DNA from: an uncultured Deinococcaceae bacterium
Lineage (GTDB): Bacteria; Deinococcota; Deinococci; Deinococcales; Deinococcaceae
NCBI GenBank assembly: GCA_964252075.1
Contig: CAXULY010000016.1
Coordinates: forward strand, 1 to 64,000
DNA length: 64,000 nucleotides
Reading direction: 5' to 3'
In this document: positions 29,764 through 38,070 of the stretch, piece after piece
How the letters are laid out: every line of letters starts with the position of its first letter
How positions within the stretch are numbered: the stretch's first letter is position 1
Translations under genes and position numbers: made by a program
The notes under the pieces: model-generated
The model's database searches: none
Seen by the model: only the letters and a program-made list of their open reading frames with translations
Told to the model about the DNA's origin: nothing

Positions 29764-31083
29764 TCAGATCCGCGCGGCGAGCAGGTCGTCCACGCGCGCC
29801 GCAAGTTCCTCCCACTCGACGGCCGTCTGCCGTCCGCCCGCAAACTCCGCCTGCAGCGCCGCGTGCAGGGCGCGCAGGCCGGGGTCGTCCTTCCCCAGCT
29901 CGATGCCCGTGTGCTGCCGGATTAAAAAGATCAGGCCCGCCACGCCGGAGTCCGCGGTGAGGCTCACCTCCAGCGGGCGGCCCAGCAGGCGCGGCACGTC
30001 GAAGGGCGCGTACATCGGCCAGTGCTTGTTCAGGCCGTCCGCGTGAATGCCCGCGCGCGTGCGGTGCGCGTCCCGCCCGAACAGCGGGTACTTCGCGGGC
30101 ACGCCCTGCCCGAGCGACTCGTACAAGGCCACCAGATCGTTCAGGGCCGTGAAGTCAGGCCGCGCGTCCCCCAGCAGGCCCATGCCGATCAGGTGCAGCA
30201 GCACGCCCTCCAGCGGCGCGTTCCCGGTGCGTTCCCCCTTGCCGAGCAGGGTGCCGTTCACCGCCGCGCAGCCCGCCATGACCGCCGCGAGGCAGTTCGC
30301 GACCACCAGGTGCGTGTCGTTGTGCGGGTGGAACTCCAGGTCTTCCGCGCGCAGGCCCAGCGCGCGCAACTTGCGGATCATGCCGGGCACGCTGCGCGGC
30401 CACGCCACGTTCTCCAGCGGCAGGCCGAGGCCCATGGTGTCGCACACCCGGAACTTCGGGCGCTGCGCCTCCCCGAAGGGCGCGGCGAGGTCCAGCACGG
30501 CCTGCACGAAGGGCAGCAGGAACTCCCGGGGCGCGCGCGTGGCGTCCTCCAGGTGCAGTCGGGGGCGCAAACCCGCATCCAGCACGGCCTGCACGGCGTC
30601 CAGGTAGGTGCGGGCGGCCTGCGCGCGCCCGCCGGGCGTGAACTTGAAGAAGGTGTGGTAATCGCTGGCGCTCGCCAGCATGCCGGTCTCGCGCACGCCG
30701 AGGTGCGCGACGAGGTCTGCGTCCTTGCGGCTCGCGCGGATCCAGGTGGTGGGCTCGAGGGGCGCGCCGCCCCGCCAGCGCTCCAGCGCGCCCTCCAGCA
30801 TCTGGCGGTCGCCGGGGCGGTACACGAAGAACTCCGCCTGCCGGATGGCGCCGGAGTCGCCCGTGAAGGCGCACATCAGGTCAAACACGCGCAGGCCCTG
30901 TTCGGGCGTGAGCGGCAGGCCGCCCTGCTGGCCGTCGCGGTGCGTGGTCTCGGTCGTCCAGGCGCGCTCGGGCAGGGAGCTGGGGCGCTGCGTCCAGGCG
31001 AAGTGCGGGAAGTCCTGCGGGGGAAAACTCTCCGGAAAGGTCTCGGGGCTGGGCACGTCGGTGACGGGGCTGTGGTCGGTCAT
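29764..31083 (-). CDS. DRE-TIM metallolyase (LeuA/HMGL-like), Re-citrate synthase-like
   Basis: Motifs TTHRDGQQ, IRQAEFF, WIRA, SDYH, HLEDATRA, CDTMG...PRSVPG, HPHND, GERTGN and TRAGIHADG. No LeuA regulatory domain. Confidence 0.8.
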   Translation of the reverse strand: MTDHSPVTDVPSPETFPESFPPQDFPHFAWTQRPSSLPERAWTTETTHRDGQQGGLPLTPEQGLRVFDLMCAFTGDSGAIRQAEFFVYRPGDRQMLEGALERWRGGAPLEPTTWIRASRKDADLVAHLGVRETGMLASASDYHTFFKFTPGGRAQAARTYLDAVQAVLDAGLRPRLHLEDATRAPREFLLPFVQAVLDLAAPFGEAQRPKFRVCDTMGLGLPLENVAWPRSVPGMIRKLRALGLRAEDLEFHPHNDTHLVVANCLAAVMAGCAAVNGTLLGKGERTGNAPLEGVLLHLIGMGLLGDARPDFTALNDLVALYESLGQGVPAKYPLFGRDAHRTRAGIHADGLNKHWPMYAPFDVPRLLGRPLEVSLTADSGVAGLIFLIRQHTGIELGKDDPGLRALHAALQAEFAGGRQTAVEWEELAARVDDLLAARI

Positions 31084-31104
31084 GGGTCCTCCTCGTGTAC
31101 CGCC

Positions 31105-31160
31105 ACGCTAGACCCGAGCATCAATGCCGTCAATCTTGATTCGGGAATCAATGTTAGGCT
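31105..31160. promoter_or_regulatory. Divergent promoters and operator-like repeats
   Basis: Minus strand: TTGACG (31133-31128)-N17-TAGCGT (31110-31105). Plus strand: extended -10 TGtTAGGCT (31152-31160), 6 nt before the ATG. Palindrome TTGATTC-GG-GAATCAA at 31136-31151 and TCAAT at 31121, 31130 and 31148. Confidence 0.72.
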
Positions 31161-31166
31161 GAGACC

Positions 31167-32348
31167 ATGACGGAGTACCTGAGCGCGCAGGAGGCTGCCG
31201 AGCGCCTCGGCGTGAGCCGCGAGACCCTGTACGCCTACGTGAGCCGTGGCCTGCTGCACAGCGAGTCGGGCGGCGGGGCCAACCGTGCGAAGCGCTACCG
31301 CGCGCAGGACATCGAGGCGCTGCGCTCCCGCAAGGCCGCCCGCCGCGACCCGGAAGGCACCACCCTGACGGCGCTCTCCTGGGGCGCCCCCGTGCTGGAG
31401 AGCGCCCTCACGCTTATCGAGGGCGGGCAGGTGTACTACCGTGGGCAGAGTGCCGTGCGCCTGTCGCAGGACGCGCCCGTCGAGGAGGTCGCGGCCCTGC
31501 TCTGGACGGGCGACGCGGGCGGCTGGCGCACCCTGCCCCTGCGCGCCCGCCTCGCCCAGCCGCCCCTACCCGCACACACCGGGCTGCTGGAGGCCAGCGC
31601 GCACGCCCTCACGCACGCCGCCGCGCACGACCTGCACGCCCGAGAGACGCGCACCGAGGCCCTCCCGAACGCCGCCGCGCGCGTCCTCACGCTGCTGTAC
31701 GGCGTCGCGGAGCGCGTGGGGAACGCCCTGCCCGCCCCGGACCTCCCCCTGCACGAGCGCCTCGCGCGCGCCTGGGGCGTCCCCGCGCACGCGGACCTGC
31801 TGCGCCGCGCGCTGGTCCTCACCGCTGACCACGAGCTGAACGTCAGCGCCTTCACCGCGCGCGTCGTGGCGTCCGGTGGGGCGGGCCTGCACCGCGCGAC
31901 GCTCGCCGCCCTGTGTGCCCTGCAGGGCACCCGCCACGGCCTCATGACCGCTGAGGCGCACCACCTGATCGGCGAGGCGCTGCACACCACTCCGGACGCC
32001 GCGCTCATTGGCGCGCAGGGCCGCCTGGGGCACCTGCCCGGCTTCGGGCACCGCCTGTACACGGACGGCGACCCACGCGCCACCGCGCTGCTCGACGCGC
32101 TGCCCGAGCACCCCGCCGTCCACGCCGCGCTGGTCATGGCGGAGCGCGTGCGCGCCGAACTGGGCGAGCGGCCCAACCTGGATTTCGCGCTCGCCGCGCT
32201 CGGCTGGGTGCTCGGCCTCAGCACGGAGCAGGGTGTCGCGCTGTTCGCGCTGGGTCGCACGGTGGGCTGGCTGGCGCACGCCATGGAGGGCGCGGTGGGG
32301 GGACTGGTGCGGCCCCGGGCGGTGTACGTGGGGGTTCGGCCCGGGTGA
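31167..32348 (+). CDS. Helix-turn-helix (excisionase/MerR-like) plus citrate synthase-fold fusion protein
   Basis: N-terminal YLSAQEAAERLGVSRETLYAYVSRG HTH. C-terminal YYRG, ADHELN, GTRHG, PGFGHRLY, PNLDF, GRTVGW and RPRAVYVG. Confidence 0.9.
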   Translation: MTEYLSAQEAAERLGVSRETLYAYVSRGLLHSESGGGANRAKRYRAQDIEALRSRKAARRDPEGTTLTALSWGAPVLESALTLIEGGQVYYRGQSAVRLSQDAPVEEVAALLWTGDAGGWRTLPLRARLAQPPLPAHTGLLEASAHALTHAAAHDLHARETRTEALPNAAARVLTLLYGVAERVGNALPAPDLPLHERLARAWGVPAHADLLRRALVLTADHELNVSAFTARVVASGGAGLHRATLAALCALQGTRHGLMTAEAHHLIGEALHTTPDAALIGAQGRLGHLPGFGHRLYTDGDPRATALLDALPEHPAVHAALVMAERVRAELGERPNLDFALAALGWVLGLSTEQGVALFALGRTVGWLAHAMEGAVGGLVRPRAVYVGVRPG

Positions 32349-32500
32349 AGGCTGCAGGCGTTGCGCTGCGGTGAGGGTCCATGGAGCGAAGCGGCACCCG
32401 GTCTTCTCCCGTGGTGCGCCCATCCACGGATGAGTTCAGGCGGCGTGCGGACTGCGCGGGCGGTGTGGCTGTTGCTGGCCCGCGCGCCAGGGACTGGGGG

Positions 32501-33688
32501 TTACCGTTTCAGCTGTTTCAGGAAGCCGGGCGCGAGGACCGCCACCGTGAGCGCCAGCACCGCCACCAGCAGCAGGCTCAGGCGCAGGCTGGCGTGCTGC
32601 GCCACGAAGCCGATCAGGGGCGGCCCCACCATGAAGCCCAGGTACCCGATGGTGCTGACGCGCGCGATGCCGCGCCCGCCGCCCGCGCGCCCACCCGCGC
32701 CGTACAGCACCGGCACGATGTTCGCGACGCCCAGCCCGAACGCCGCGAATCCCAGCCACGCGGCGGGCGCTACTGGAATCAAGACGCCCACCGCGAGGCC
32801 CGCGGCGGCCAGCAGGGCGCCCAGCATCACCACGCGGGTGTCCGCGAGGCGCGCGCGCAGGGTGTCCCCGAAGGCCCGCGCGAGCGTCATGGCGCCCGAG
32901 AAGGCCGCGAAGCCCAGCCCAGCGGCAGCGGGTGTGGCGTTCAGGTCGTCGCGCAGGTACAGGGTGCTCCAGTCCCCCACGGCGCCTTCCACCAGCATGC
33001 CCAGGAAGCACAGGGCGCCCACCAGCGTGAGGGCCTTCCACAGGGAGGCCGAGGTGGCGGGGGCGCCCGGTGCGTCCTCGTCGGTGCGATCCTGCGCGTG
33101 GTCGGCGGCGCGTGGGAGCAGGGCGGCGCGCGCGACCGTGACGCCCACCAGCCCGAACACGGCGACGCCCGTCACCTGCGCGATGGTGGGGGCGCCCCAC
33201 AGGGTCAGCAGGCTGCCCATGCCCGCGCCCGTGAGGTTCCCCACGCTGAAGCCCGCGTGGAAGCCCGACATGACGGGCCGCCCGAGCGTGCGCTCGACCG
33301 TGACGCCCTGCGCGTTCATGGCGACGTCCATGCTGCCGTTCGCGAAGCCAAACACGAACAGCGCGGCGAGCAGCCACCCCAGCTGCGGGGCGAGGAACGG
33401 CAGGAGCAGCGCGGCGGCCAGCAGCACGCCCGCGAGCCACGTCACGCGGCGGCTGCCCCAGCGGTGCACCCACCCTCCGGTGAGGGGCATGGACACCAGG
33501 CTGCCCACCGGGATGGCGAGCAGGGCGAGGCCCAGCACGCCGGGCGTGAGGTGCAGGTGGTCGCGCACCACGGGGATGCCCAGCACCCACAACGCCATGA
33601 TGAGGCCGTTCACGAAGAAGGTCGCCCAGGTGGCGAGTCGGGCGCGTGGTGCGGCGGTGTGGGTCAGGGCTGGGGTGAGGCCGGTCAT
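32501..33688 (-). CDS. MFS transporter (YbjJ-like, possibly sugar-related)
   Basis: About 12 hydrophobic segments. Motifs DVAMNAQ, MSGFHAGFS and EGAVGDWS. Confidence 0.9.
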   Translation of the reverse strand: MTGLTPALTHTAAPRARLATWATFFVNGLIMALWVLGIPVVRDHLHLTPGVLGLALLAIPVGSLVSMPLTGGWVHRWGSRRVTWLAGVLLAAALLLPFLAPQLGWLLAALFVFGFANGSMDVAMNAQGVTVERTLGRPVMSGFHAGFSVGNLTGAGMGSLLTLWGAPTIAQVTGVAVFGLVGVTVARAALLPRAADHAQDRTDEDAPGAPATSASLWKALTLVGALCFLGMLVEGAVGDWSTLYLRDDLNATPAAAGLGFAAFSGAMTLARAFGDTLRARLADTRVVMLGALLAAAGLAVGVLIPVAPAAWLGFAAFGLGVANIVPVLYGAGGRAGGGRGIARVSTIGYLGFMVGPPLIGFVAQHASLRLSLLLVAVLALTVAVLAPGFLKQLKR

Positions 33689-33736
33689 GACCGGTCCGTG
33701 GGGTGGGGTGTGGGCTGCGGCATCGGGGACACTCCT

Positions 33737-33754
33737 ATCTGAATCGTTTCAGAT
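33737..33754. promoter_or_regulatory. LacI-type operator between the MFS and LacI genes
   Basis: ATCTGAA-TCGT-TTCAGAT palindrome with central CG, the typical LacI/GalR geometry. Confidence 0.8.
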
Positions 33755-33782
33755 GCGAACGCCCGGATGTTAACATGACCCC

Positions 33783-34847
33783 GTGACCGCCGCCAAGCCC
33801 CCGCGCCGCCCCACCCTGAAGGACATCGCGCGCGCGCTCGGCGTCTCACTGGCCACCGTCTCGAACGCCTACAACCGCCCGGACCAGCTGAGCGAGGCGC
33901 TGCGCACGCGCATCCTCGACACCGCGCGCAGCCTCGGGTACAGCGGCCCCGACCCCCTCGCCAGCAGCCTGCGCCGGGGCCGAGCGGGCGCCATCGGGGT
34001 GCTGTACGGCGACCCCCTCAGCTACGCCTTCGCGGACCCCGCCGCCGCCCTCTTCCTGCAGGGCCTCGCAAGCGCCGTGGAGACCAGCGGCCTGAACCTG
34101 CTGCTGCTGCCCTTCCCGAACGACCCGCAGGCGGTGTCGAACGCCCCCGTGGACGGCCTCGTGGTGTACTCCCTGCCGGACGACAGCGCCTCCATGGAGG
34201 CCGCCCTTGCACGCGCCGTGCCGTCCGTGCTGGTGGACCAGCGCGCGCGCGCGGGCTTCACCTGCGTGAGCATTGAGGACGTGTCCGGTGCGCGGCAGGC
34301 CGCCGCGCACCTGCTCGCGCTCGGCCACCGCCGCCTCGCGGTCCTGAGCCTCGACCTCGCCATCCCACGCCGCCGCGGGCGCGTCACGCCCGCCCGACTG
34401 CGCGCCGCGCGCTTCCGGCCGCCCCTCGACCGCCTGGACGGCTACCGCGACGCGGTGCAGGCGGCGGGCGTTCCGTGGTCCAGCGTGACGGTCATGGAGG
34501 TGCTGGAAAACAGCACGGAGGAGGGAGAGCGCCTCGCAGGCGCGCTGCTGGACGGTCCCGCGCGCCCCACCGCGATCCTCGCGATGAGTGACCAGCTGGC
34601 GCTCGGCGCGCTGCAGGCGGCGGCCCGACGGCGCCTGCGCGTGCCCGCGGACCTCTCGGTGGTGGGGTACGACGACGTGCCCGCAGCGGCCGCCGTGGGG
34701 CTCACCACCGTGCGGCAACCGACGGTCGCGAAGGGCCGTCTGGCGGGCGAACTGCTGCTGGGTCTGCTGGCGGGGCAGGCACCCACTTCGCCCGCCCCGC
34801 TCGCCACGGAACTGGTGGTGCGCGGGAGCAGCGCGGCGCCTACCTAA
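33783..34847 (+). CDS. LacI family transcriptional regulator
   Basis: Motifs PTLKDIARALGVSLATVSNAYN, VPADLSVVGYDD and LTTVRQP. Confidence 0.96.
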   Translation: MTAAKPPRRPTLKDIARALGVSLATVSNAYNRPDQLSEALRTRILDTARSLGYSGPDPLASSLRRGRAGAIGVLYGDPLSYAFADPAAALFLQGLASAVETSGLNLLLLPFPNDPQAVSNAPVDGLVVYSLPDDSASMEAALARAVPSVLVDQRARAGFTCVSIEDVSGARQAAAHLLALGHRRLAVLSLDLAIPRRRGRVTPARLRAARFRPPLDRLDGYRDAVQAAGVPWSSVTVMEVLENSTEEGERLAGALLDGPARPTAILAMSDQLALGALQAAARRRLRVPADLSVVGYDDVPAAAAVGLTTVRQPTVAKGRLAGELLLGLLAGQAPTSPAPLATELVVRGSSAAPT

Positions 34848-34867
34848 ACTTACGAAACTTTCGTTTC

Positions 34868-34896
34868 TTTCAATTTGTGTTGTGGTCGTGTACACT
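34868..34896 (+). promoter_or_regulatory. Leaderless galE promoter with AT-rich upstream tract
   Basis: TTTCAA-N17-TACACT, 6 nt before ATG 34903. Confidence 0.65.
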
Positions 34897-34902
34897 TCGG
34901 GC

Positions 34903-35892
34903 ATGAAGCTTCTGGTGACGGGGGGAGCCGGGTACATCGGCTCACACACGGTGAGGCAACTCGCGGCGGCGGGGCACGAGGTGGTGGTGCTGGACAACCT
35001 CAGTGCCGGACATCAGGCGGCCCTCCCCGCCGGCATGACCCTCGTGCAGGCCGACCTGACCGACTTCGACGCCGTGAAGGCCACGCTCGCCGCGCAGCAG
35101 CCGGACGCCGTGGTGCACTTCGCGGCGCTCATTGAGGTGGGCGAGAGCATGATGGCCCCTGGACGCTACTACCGCAACAATGTGGTGGGCAGCCTGAACC
35201 TGCTGCAGGCCATCGTGGAGACCCGCAAAATCCCCATCGTGTTCAGCAGCACCGCCGCCGTGTACGGCGACGCCGAGACGGTCCCCATCCCCGAGGACGC
35301 CCCGAAGGCCCCCACCAGCGTGTACGGCGAGACGAAACTCATGACGGAGCAGATGCTCGCGGCCTTCGAACGCGCCCACGGTCTGCGCAGCGTGCGCCTG
35401 CGCTACTTCAACGTGTGCGGCGCCCTGCCGGGCGGCGCGATCGGCGAGGACCACCCGAACAAGACGCACCTCATCGAACTCGCGCTCCTCACGGCGCTCG
35501 GACAGCGCGACCACATGACGGTCTTCGGCACCGACTACCCCACCGGGGACGGCACCTGCGTGCGCGACTACATCCACGTGCTGGACCTCGCCGACGCGCA
35601 CGTGCTGGCCGTGAATGCCCTCGCCGGCGGCGCCGAGAGCACCGTATATAACGTGGGCCTCGGGCACGGCTTCAGCGTGCAGCAGGTGCTGGACGCCGTG
35701 GACGACGTGGTGGGCACGCCCATCAAACGGGAGATCGGCGCGCGCCGCGCGGGCGACCCGCCCAGCCTCGTCGCGGACAGCGCCCGCATCCGCTCGGAGC
35801 TCGGCTGGACGCCGAAATTCACGGACCTGCGCGAAATCATCCGCACCGCCTGGGACTGGCACCGCACGCACCCGCACGGCTTCGAGCACTGA
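34903..35892 (+). CDS. galE: UDP-glucose 4-epimerase
   Basis: Motifs VTGGAGYIGSHT, FSSTAAVYG, YGETK, LRYFN, DGTCVRDYIHV and RRAGDP. Confidence 0.97.
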   Translation: MKLLVTGGAGYIGSHTVRQLAAAGHEVVVLDNLSAGHQAALPAGMTLVQADLTDFDAVKATLAAQQPDAVVHFAALIEVGESMMAPGRYYRNNVVGSLNLLQAIVETRKIPIVFSSTAAVYGDAETVPIPEDAPKAPTSVYGETKLMTEQMLAAFERAHGLRSVRLRYFNVCGALPGGAIGEDHPNKTHLIELALLTALGQRDHMTVFGTDYPTGDGTCVRDYIHVLDLADAHVLAVNALAGGAESTVYNVGLGHGFSVQQVLDAVDDVVGTPIKREIGARRAGDPPSLVADSARIRSELGWTPKFTDLREIIRTAWDWHRTHPHGFEH

Positions 35893-35899
35893 CGCGCGC

Positions 35900-37480
35900 T
35901 CAGTGGACGGGCGCGAGGAGCCGCACGGTGTCGCGCCCGTCCGCCTTGCCGCCGTACAGCAGGCGGTCCGCGCGGCGCAGCGTGTCCAGCAGCTGACCGT
36001 CCGTGCAGGCGTCCACGCCCGCCGTAAAGGTCAGCCGTTCGCCGTCCGGCAGGCGGTGCCAGCGGTGGTGGCGCAACCGCGCGCGCAGCGCCTCCAGCGC
36101 CGCCCACGCCGTCTCGATGGGCGTGTCCGGGAACAGCACCACGAACTCCTCGCCGCCCGAACGCACCACGGACGCGCCCAGCGGCACGTGCGCGCGCAGC
36201 AGGTCCGCGAACTCCCGCAGGACACTGTCGCCGTGATCGTGCCCGTAGGTGTCGTTGATGCGCTTGAAGTGGTCGAGGTCCACGACCGCCATCGTGAGGG
36301 GCCGCTCGGCGGACGTGACCATCGCCATCTGCGCGCCGCGCGTGATGAGGTACCGGCGGTTCCAGCTGCCCGTCAGGTCGTCCGTGAGGCTCAGCTGCTG
36401 CGCTTCCTGATGCAGGTGCGACAGCTGCTCAATCGCGGCGTTCAGCTCCTCGCTGCGCGCCTGCGCCTCTGCCGCCGCGCGCTCTGCGGCGGCCGTGCGG
36501 TGCAGCACCTCCAGCGCCCGCACCTGCCGCTCCTGCCCCTCATGGTGCAGCTCCCGGAAGAGGCGCAGCGACGCCTTGAGGTGGGTGAGCGCCAGGGCCG
36601 CGTCCGCGCGCCGCTCGTGCACCTCCGCGAGCGCGGCGTGCAGCTGCGTTTGCACGGGCCGCGCCTGCATGGCATCCGCGACGCGCAGGCGCGCCTCCAG
36701 CAGCGCGCGCGCCTCTTCATGGCGACCTGAATCCAGCAGCAGGGCGGTGAGCGGCAGGAACACCTCCTCCGACAGCGCCTGCTGCGGGTCGCTGCGCTCC
36801 AGCGCCGTCCGCAGGAGCGCCTCGGCCTCCGCGCGCTGCCCGTCCCGCAGTGCCAGCCCACCCAACTGACTCAGGGCGCCCGCCTCAATCATCGCAAGCT
36901 GGTGCTGCCGCCCCAGCGCCAGCGCCTCATGCATCGCGCGCTCCGCCCCTGCTCGGTCCTCGCGCTTCAGGTGCAGCAGACCCAAATTGAAGACCGCGAA
37001 GGCCTCCAGCTCGTGGTTGCCGCTCGACCGCGCCAGTTCACGCGCGCGCCGCAGGTACGGCTCCGCCCGCTGCGGATCGCGCTCGAGGTGCATGGCGCCC
37101 AGGTCATGCACCCCCGCTGCCTCCTCCTCCTGCGCGCCCACCTCGCGGCTCAGCTGCACCTGCCGCTCGAAGGCCTCGCTGGCCCCCAGGTAATCCCCAA
37201 GTTCCGCGAGGGCGCAGCCGCGCAGGCTCAGCGCGCGCGCCAGCCACACGTCCGCCGTGGGGCGCTGTTGCAGCACCTGCCCGGCGCGTTCCAGGGCGCG
37301 GTCCGTGCGGCCCTCGCGCCAGTCGAGGAAGGCGCGCACGACCTCCACTTCGCCGAGCGTCACGTCCGGCGCGAACTGCGCGACAGCGGACCGCGTGCGC
37401 TCACGCGCGCGTTCGCGGTCCGCCCACGCCCGCTCCATGCGGGTTTCGACGCTGCTGGTGCTGTCGCTGCCTTCAGTCAT
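35900..37480 (-). CDS. Tetratricopeptide-repeat diguanylate cyclase
   Basis: TPR-like helical repeats, then DDLTGSWNR, DLDHFKRIND and RSGGEEF. Confidence 0.9.
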   Translation of the reverse strand: MTEGSDSTSSVETRMERAWADRERARERTRSAVAQFAPDVTLGEVEVVRAFLDWREGRTDRALERAGQVLQQRPTADVWLARALSLRGCALAELGDYLGASEAFERQVQLSREVGAQEEEAAGVHDLGAMHLERDPQRAEPYLRRARELARSSGNHELEAFAVFNLGLLHLKREDRAGAERAMHEALALGRQHQLAMIEAGALSQLGGLALRDGQRAEAEALLRTALERSDPQQALSEEVFLPLTALLLDSGRHEEARALLEARLRVADAMQARPVQTQLHAALAEVHERRADAALALTHLKASLRLFRELHHEGQERQVRALEVLHRTAAAERAAAEAQARSEELNAAIEQLSHLHQEAQQLSLTDDLTGSWNRRYLITRGAQMAMVTSAERPLTMAVVDLDHFKRINDTYGHDHGDSVLREFADLLRAHVPLGASVVRSGGEEFVVLFPDTPIETAWAALEALRARLRHHRWHRLPDGERLTFTAGVDACTDGQLLDTLRRADRLLYGGKADGRDTVRLLAPVH

Positions 37481-37634
37481 GGTTCCTGAACCCACGGGGG
37501 CACCCCGCGCCCCCGCCACGATTCACTGTACGCTGACCACTCGGCGCGCGGGCCGAGAATGCGTGATGCGCTGCAAAGGGCACCCCAGCGGAAGACGTGG
37601 GGGCCAATCCACGCGCCCACAGCCCGCGCCGCGC

Positions 37635-38006
37635 TCAGTCCTCGCGCGACGAACCTGACAGCACCAGCAGCAACCCCCCGATGGTCGAGAGGTTCTTCAG
37701 GAAATGCAGGCGCTGCTGCTGACGGTCCGCGCCCTTGCGCTGCCAGAACGGGTGCCCCACGATCGTGGTGGGCACGAGCGCGCCCAGCAGCACCAGCGCC
37801 GCCGGGCGCGGCAGCACCCCAAGCGCCAGCAGACTACCCGCGCCCAGCATGACCGCGCCATTCGCGCGCGCCAGCAACTCCGGGCGCGGCAGGCCCGCCT
37901 GCTCCACCAGCCGCGCGCGCGGCCTGGGGTTCAGCAGCGTGTCGAGGCCCCCTCCCACGAAGATGCCCGCGAGCGCAACCCGACCAGCGGCCCTCAGGAC
38001 GTTCAT
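37635..38006 (-). CDS. DoxX family membrane protein
   Basis: Motifs GRVALAGIF, PTTIVGHPFW and HFLKNL. Confidence 0.88.
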   Translation of the reverse strand: MNVLRAAGRVALAGIFVGGGLDTLLNPRPRARLVEQAGLPRPELLARANGAVMLGAGSLLALGVLPRPAALVLLGALVPTTIVGHPFWQRKGADRQQQRLHFLKNLSTIGGLLLVLSGSSRED

Positions 38007-38070
38007 GCCCCCATCCTGCCCGTCCGGTCCGCGGCAGGACCAGGGGGAAAGTGTTCATGCAGCGCGCGCG

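Noticed and set aside
34850..34866. TTACGAAACTTTCGTTT as a Deinococcus radiation/desiccation response motif
   Set aside because: Only the left half matches TTAYG-N7-CRTAA, the inner positions deviate, and galE is not a typical member of that regulon.
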